From assembly GCA_016218965.1 (NCBI GenBank), contig JACRCP010000146.1, forward strand, positions 1 to 61,956: a stretch of 61,956 nucleotides of DNA, given 5' to 3'. A program made the position numbers and the translations under genes. Shown here in pieces: positions 59,675 through 61,956 of this stretch. How positions within the stretch are numbered: the first letter of the stretch is position 1; the number at the start of each line of letters is the position of its first letter. Source of the stretch: Deltaproteobacteria bacterium (GTDB lineage: Bacteria; Myxococcota; SpSt-1050; JACRCP01). A model generated the notes under the pieces. The model was given only the letters and a program-made list of their open reading frames with translations. It had not been told where the DNA came from and did not search any database.

Positions 59675-61741
59675 TCACATCACCGCTGACGGCGGCGGGG
59701 GCTCGTCCGCGGCGCCGGCCTTCTTGAGCGGCACCGAGACGAGGTACCAGCCGATGATCAGCACGACCGGGATGGCGAGCCACGGGGCGATCGAGCCCAT
59801 CGCCTCGATCGTCGGGAAGGTCTTGTCCGTGCGCACCGCCACGACACCGGCGACCAGAAGACCCATGAGCGCCTCGCCCGCGATGAGCCCCGAGGCGACC
59901 AGGATGCCTGCGTTCTCGACGCGGGTCTTCTGCGCGGCGTTGTGTCCGCGGCCGGCGCTCAGTTTGTCCACGATCCCGCGGATGAGCCCTCCGATGAAGA
60001 TCGCGAACGTGGTCTCGAGCGGGAGGTACATGCCGACCGAGAAAAGCATCGGGCTGCGGACCTTGATGAGGATGAGCGATATCCCCATCGCAATCCCGAC
60101 GACGACCAGCGGCCACGCCATCTCGCCGCCCACGATCCCCTGCGAGAGCGCGGCCATCAGTCCGGCCTGCGGCGCCGGGAGGTTGGGCCCGCCGAACCCG
60201 CCGGTCTGCGGGTTGCTGAGAACATCCGATGTGTGAAGGAGATAGAGCGGGAAGAACATCGTGAGTCCGGCGACCGCGACGCCTATGATGTCGCCCGCCT
60301 GCATCTTCCACGGGGTCCCGCCGAGGATGTGCCCCACCTTGAGATCCTGGAGCATCTCGCCGGCCACAGCCGCCGAGACGCAGCCTATGGCGGCGACGCC
60401 CAGCACGGCGGCGACCCCTTCGACGCCCTTCGCGCCGACGATGATCATCGTCAGCGCGGCGACGATTGTCGTTGCGAGCGTCAGCCCCGAGATCGGGTTG
60501 TTGGAAGAGCCGATCATGCCGACCAGGTTCCCGGACACCGCCGAGAAGAAGAACCCCGTGACCAGCATGACGATCGCGGCGAGGATCGCGGCGACAAAAG
60601 AGTGCGTAAAGTAGAAATACAGCCCGATCATGAGGGCCAGCACGAGCGCTATCCCCAAGATCACCACCTTGAACGAGAGGTCCTGTTCGGTCCGTTCGGT
60701 CGGCGCGGCCGAGGTTGCCGTCTTCTTCACGTCGGCAACGCCGCGCAGGATCCCGGCGATGAGGTTCTTCCGCATCCGGTAGAGCGTGAAGCACGCGCCG
60801 ACGAGCATCCCGCCGACCGCGATGGGACGGACGATGTAGCGGTAGAGGTGGCCGGTCAGCGCGGCCCAGTTCTGCGTCCCGTCGGCAGCGGTGTACTTCC
60901 CGATCATCTCGGGACCCACGAAGAACACAAGAAGGGGAACGAACAGGCCCCACGCGAGCAGACCGCCCGCGAAATTCAGCGCGCCGAGCTCCGGCCCGAT
61001 GATGTAGCCGACGCCGAAGTACGCCGGAGTGACCTCGGGGGCGGAGATCGAAGTGACGCCACCCGCGGGCACCGTATTTGCGTCCTTGGTGAGCCCCAGC
61101 TTGACGATGCTCTTCCCGTGCTCGCCCACGGGCAGCGAGAACACCGTCTTGGCGCGGAATATCCCGGCGTCGCCCAGGAGTTTGATCACTGCGCCGACGC
61201 CCATCGCCTTGAAGAGCTGCGCCGCTGCCTCGGTGCCCCGCTGGCCGGCCTTGTGGATCTCGCCCGCGGCGACGGATTCGGGGAACGGAAGAGACGTGTC
61301 CTCGACCATCACGCGCCGCAGAACCGTGACGAACATGATCCCGAGGATGCCGCCGAGCGTCATGAGCGCCGACGCCAGCAGGTACTCGCGCACCATGTGT
61401 TCGGGGTCGAACTTCCAGAGCTGGAGGATGACGAAAGCCGGGATCGTGAAGATCGCCCCCGCCGCCACCGACTCGCCTATTGACCCGACAGTACGGGCGA
61501 AGTTCTCCTCGAGGATCGAGCCTTTCATGAGCTTGAGAACCGCCATGCCGATGACCGCCGCCGGGTACGTCGCGGCGATCGTCATGCCGGCGCGGAGGCC
61601 CAAGTACGCGTTGGCCGCGCCAAGAACGACGCACATCAGGAGCCCCAGAATGAGCGCGCGGATCGTGAACTCGCTCATGGATGTCTCGTTTTGCACGAAC
61701 GGGACATGTTTCTGGCCGCCACTTCCGCTCTGTTCCGCCAT
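59675..61741 (-). CDS. OPT-family oligopeptide transporter
   Basis: EFTIRALILGLLMCVVLGAANAYLGLRAGMTIAATYPAAVI, GYIIGPELGALNFAGG, and about 16 TM segments throughout. Typical bacterial OPT. ATG 61741 with GGAGGA RBS. Confidence 0.93.
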   Translation of the reverse strand: MAEQSGSGGQKHVPFVQNETSMSEFTIRALILGLLMCVVLGAANAYLGLRAGMTIAATYPAAVIGMAVLKLMKGSILEENFARTVGSIGESVAAGAIFTIPAFVILQLWKFDPEHMVREYLLASALMTLGGILGIMFVTVLRRVMVEDTSLPFPESVAAGEIHKAGQRGTEAAAQLFKAMGVGAVIKLLGDAGIFRAKTVFSLPVGEHGKSIVKLGLTKDANTVPAGGVTSISAPEVTPAYFGVGYIIGPELGALNFAGGLLAWGLFVPLLVFFVGPEMIGKYTAADGTQNWAALTGHLYRYIVRPIAVGGMLVGACFTLYRMRKNLIAGILRGVADVKKTATSAAPTERTEQDLSFKVVILGIALVLALMIGLYFYFTHSFVAAILAAIVMLVTGFFFSAVSGNLVGMIGSSNNPISGLTLATTIVAALTMIIVGAKGVEGVAAVLGVAAIGCVSAAVAGEMLQDLKVGHILGGTPWKMQAGDIIGVAVAGLTMFFPLYLLHTSDVLSNPQTGGFGGPNLPAPQAGLMAALSQGIVGGEMAWPLVVVGIAMGISLILIKVRSPMLFSVGMYLPLETTFAIFIGGLIRGIVDKLSAGRGHNAAQKTRVENAGILVASGLIAGEALMGLLVAGVVAVRTDKTFPTIEAMGSIAPWLAIPVVLIIGWYLVSVPLKKAGAADEPPPPSAVM

Positions 61742-61773
61742 TTGCGTCCTCCGAATGACCTTCGTTTCGGCGC

Positions 61774-61802
61774 ACTATACGGGCGCGCGCACACCAATGC
61801 AA
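61774..61802 (-). promoter_or_regulatory. Candidate sigma-70 promoter for the OPT gene (TTGCAT-N17-TATAGT on the minus strand)
   Basis: Reverse complement of 61797-61802 is TTGCAT and of 61774-61779 is TATAGT, with an exact 17-nt spacer. About 30 nt upstream of the start codon. Confidence 0.45.
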
Positions 61803-61956
61803 GCGCAAACTGCGGCCGAGCTATTCGCGCTGTAGCGTTTTTTTCGAGGCGGACAGGGGTTGGGGCAGGCCGGGATTCTCTGATAGAGCGTCTTCTCACC
61901 ACATGAAGCCCGCAGTTGGAGCAGATCGACGGCTTTCACCGTGTTTCGAGCACACC

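Noticed and set aside
59634-61808. 724-aa minus-strand ORF overlapping the OPT transporter in another frame.
   Set aside because: Extremely Arg/Gly/His/Asp-rich with no TM or domain pattern. The 59675-61741 frame gives a textbook OPT transporter.
61896-61955. Possible 3' end of a minus-strand CDS at the right edge (..VCSKHGESRRSAPTAGFMW, stop at 61896-61898).
   Set aside because: Only 19 codons are visible and no family is recognisable. Too short to support as a feature.

Overview
High-GC bacterial chromosomal window. A MYXO-CTERM-like sorting tail, a mevalonate pathway and heavy GC-rich antisense ORF noise suggest a Myxococcota-like lineage, but this is inference only. I support about 45 CDS and one tRNA-Leu(UAA). 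Left third: housekeeping genes (nagB, DUF721, parA without parB, rsmE, RDD, rarA, two PP-loop ATPases) and an envelope module (repeat-rich OMP-like protein, 1384-aa HExxH lipoprotein, lipoprotein). Centre (17.4-42.4 kb): an unusually consolidated metabolic locus. It holds the complete shikimate pathway (aroB; aroD, aroE-aroK fusion, aroA, aroC; chorismate mutase-DAHP synthase fusion), the mevalonate pathway (mvaS, HMG-CoA reductase, mvk, pmk, mvaD, idi-2) and squalene synthesis (hpnCDE). It also holds a triterpene cyclase with oxidosqualene-cyclase (sterol-type) rather than squalene-hopene-cyclase signatures. A cytoplasmic GAF-PAS histidine kinase and a sigma-54 enhancer-binding response regulator are embedded in the operon, and two divergent sigma-54-like promoters lie in the central intergenic region. 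No canonical squalene epoxidase is visible. Instead, a U32-family protein (a family of prephenate-dependent, O2-independent hydroxylases) and a geranylgeranyl-reductase-family flavoprotein sit between the chorismate mutase gene and the cyclase. This is my main candidate for an undescribed system. Right third: BNR/MYXO-CTERM protein, Lon, HAD hydrolase, methyltransferase, 2442-aa FG-GAP/Ig-like lipoprotein, orphan PqqD, LTA-synthase-family enzyme, OPT transporter. Several families of short repeats sit next to stop codons, and one copy lies in-frame inside the HAD gene. All calls rest on reading the translated ORFs and the DNA by eye; no database searches were run.
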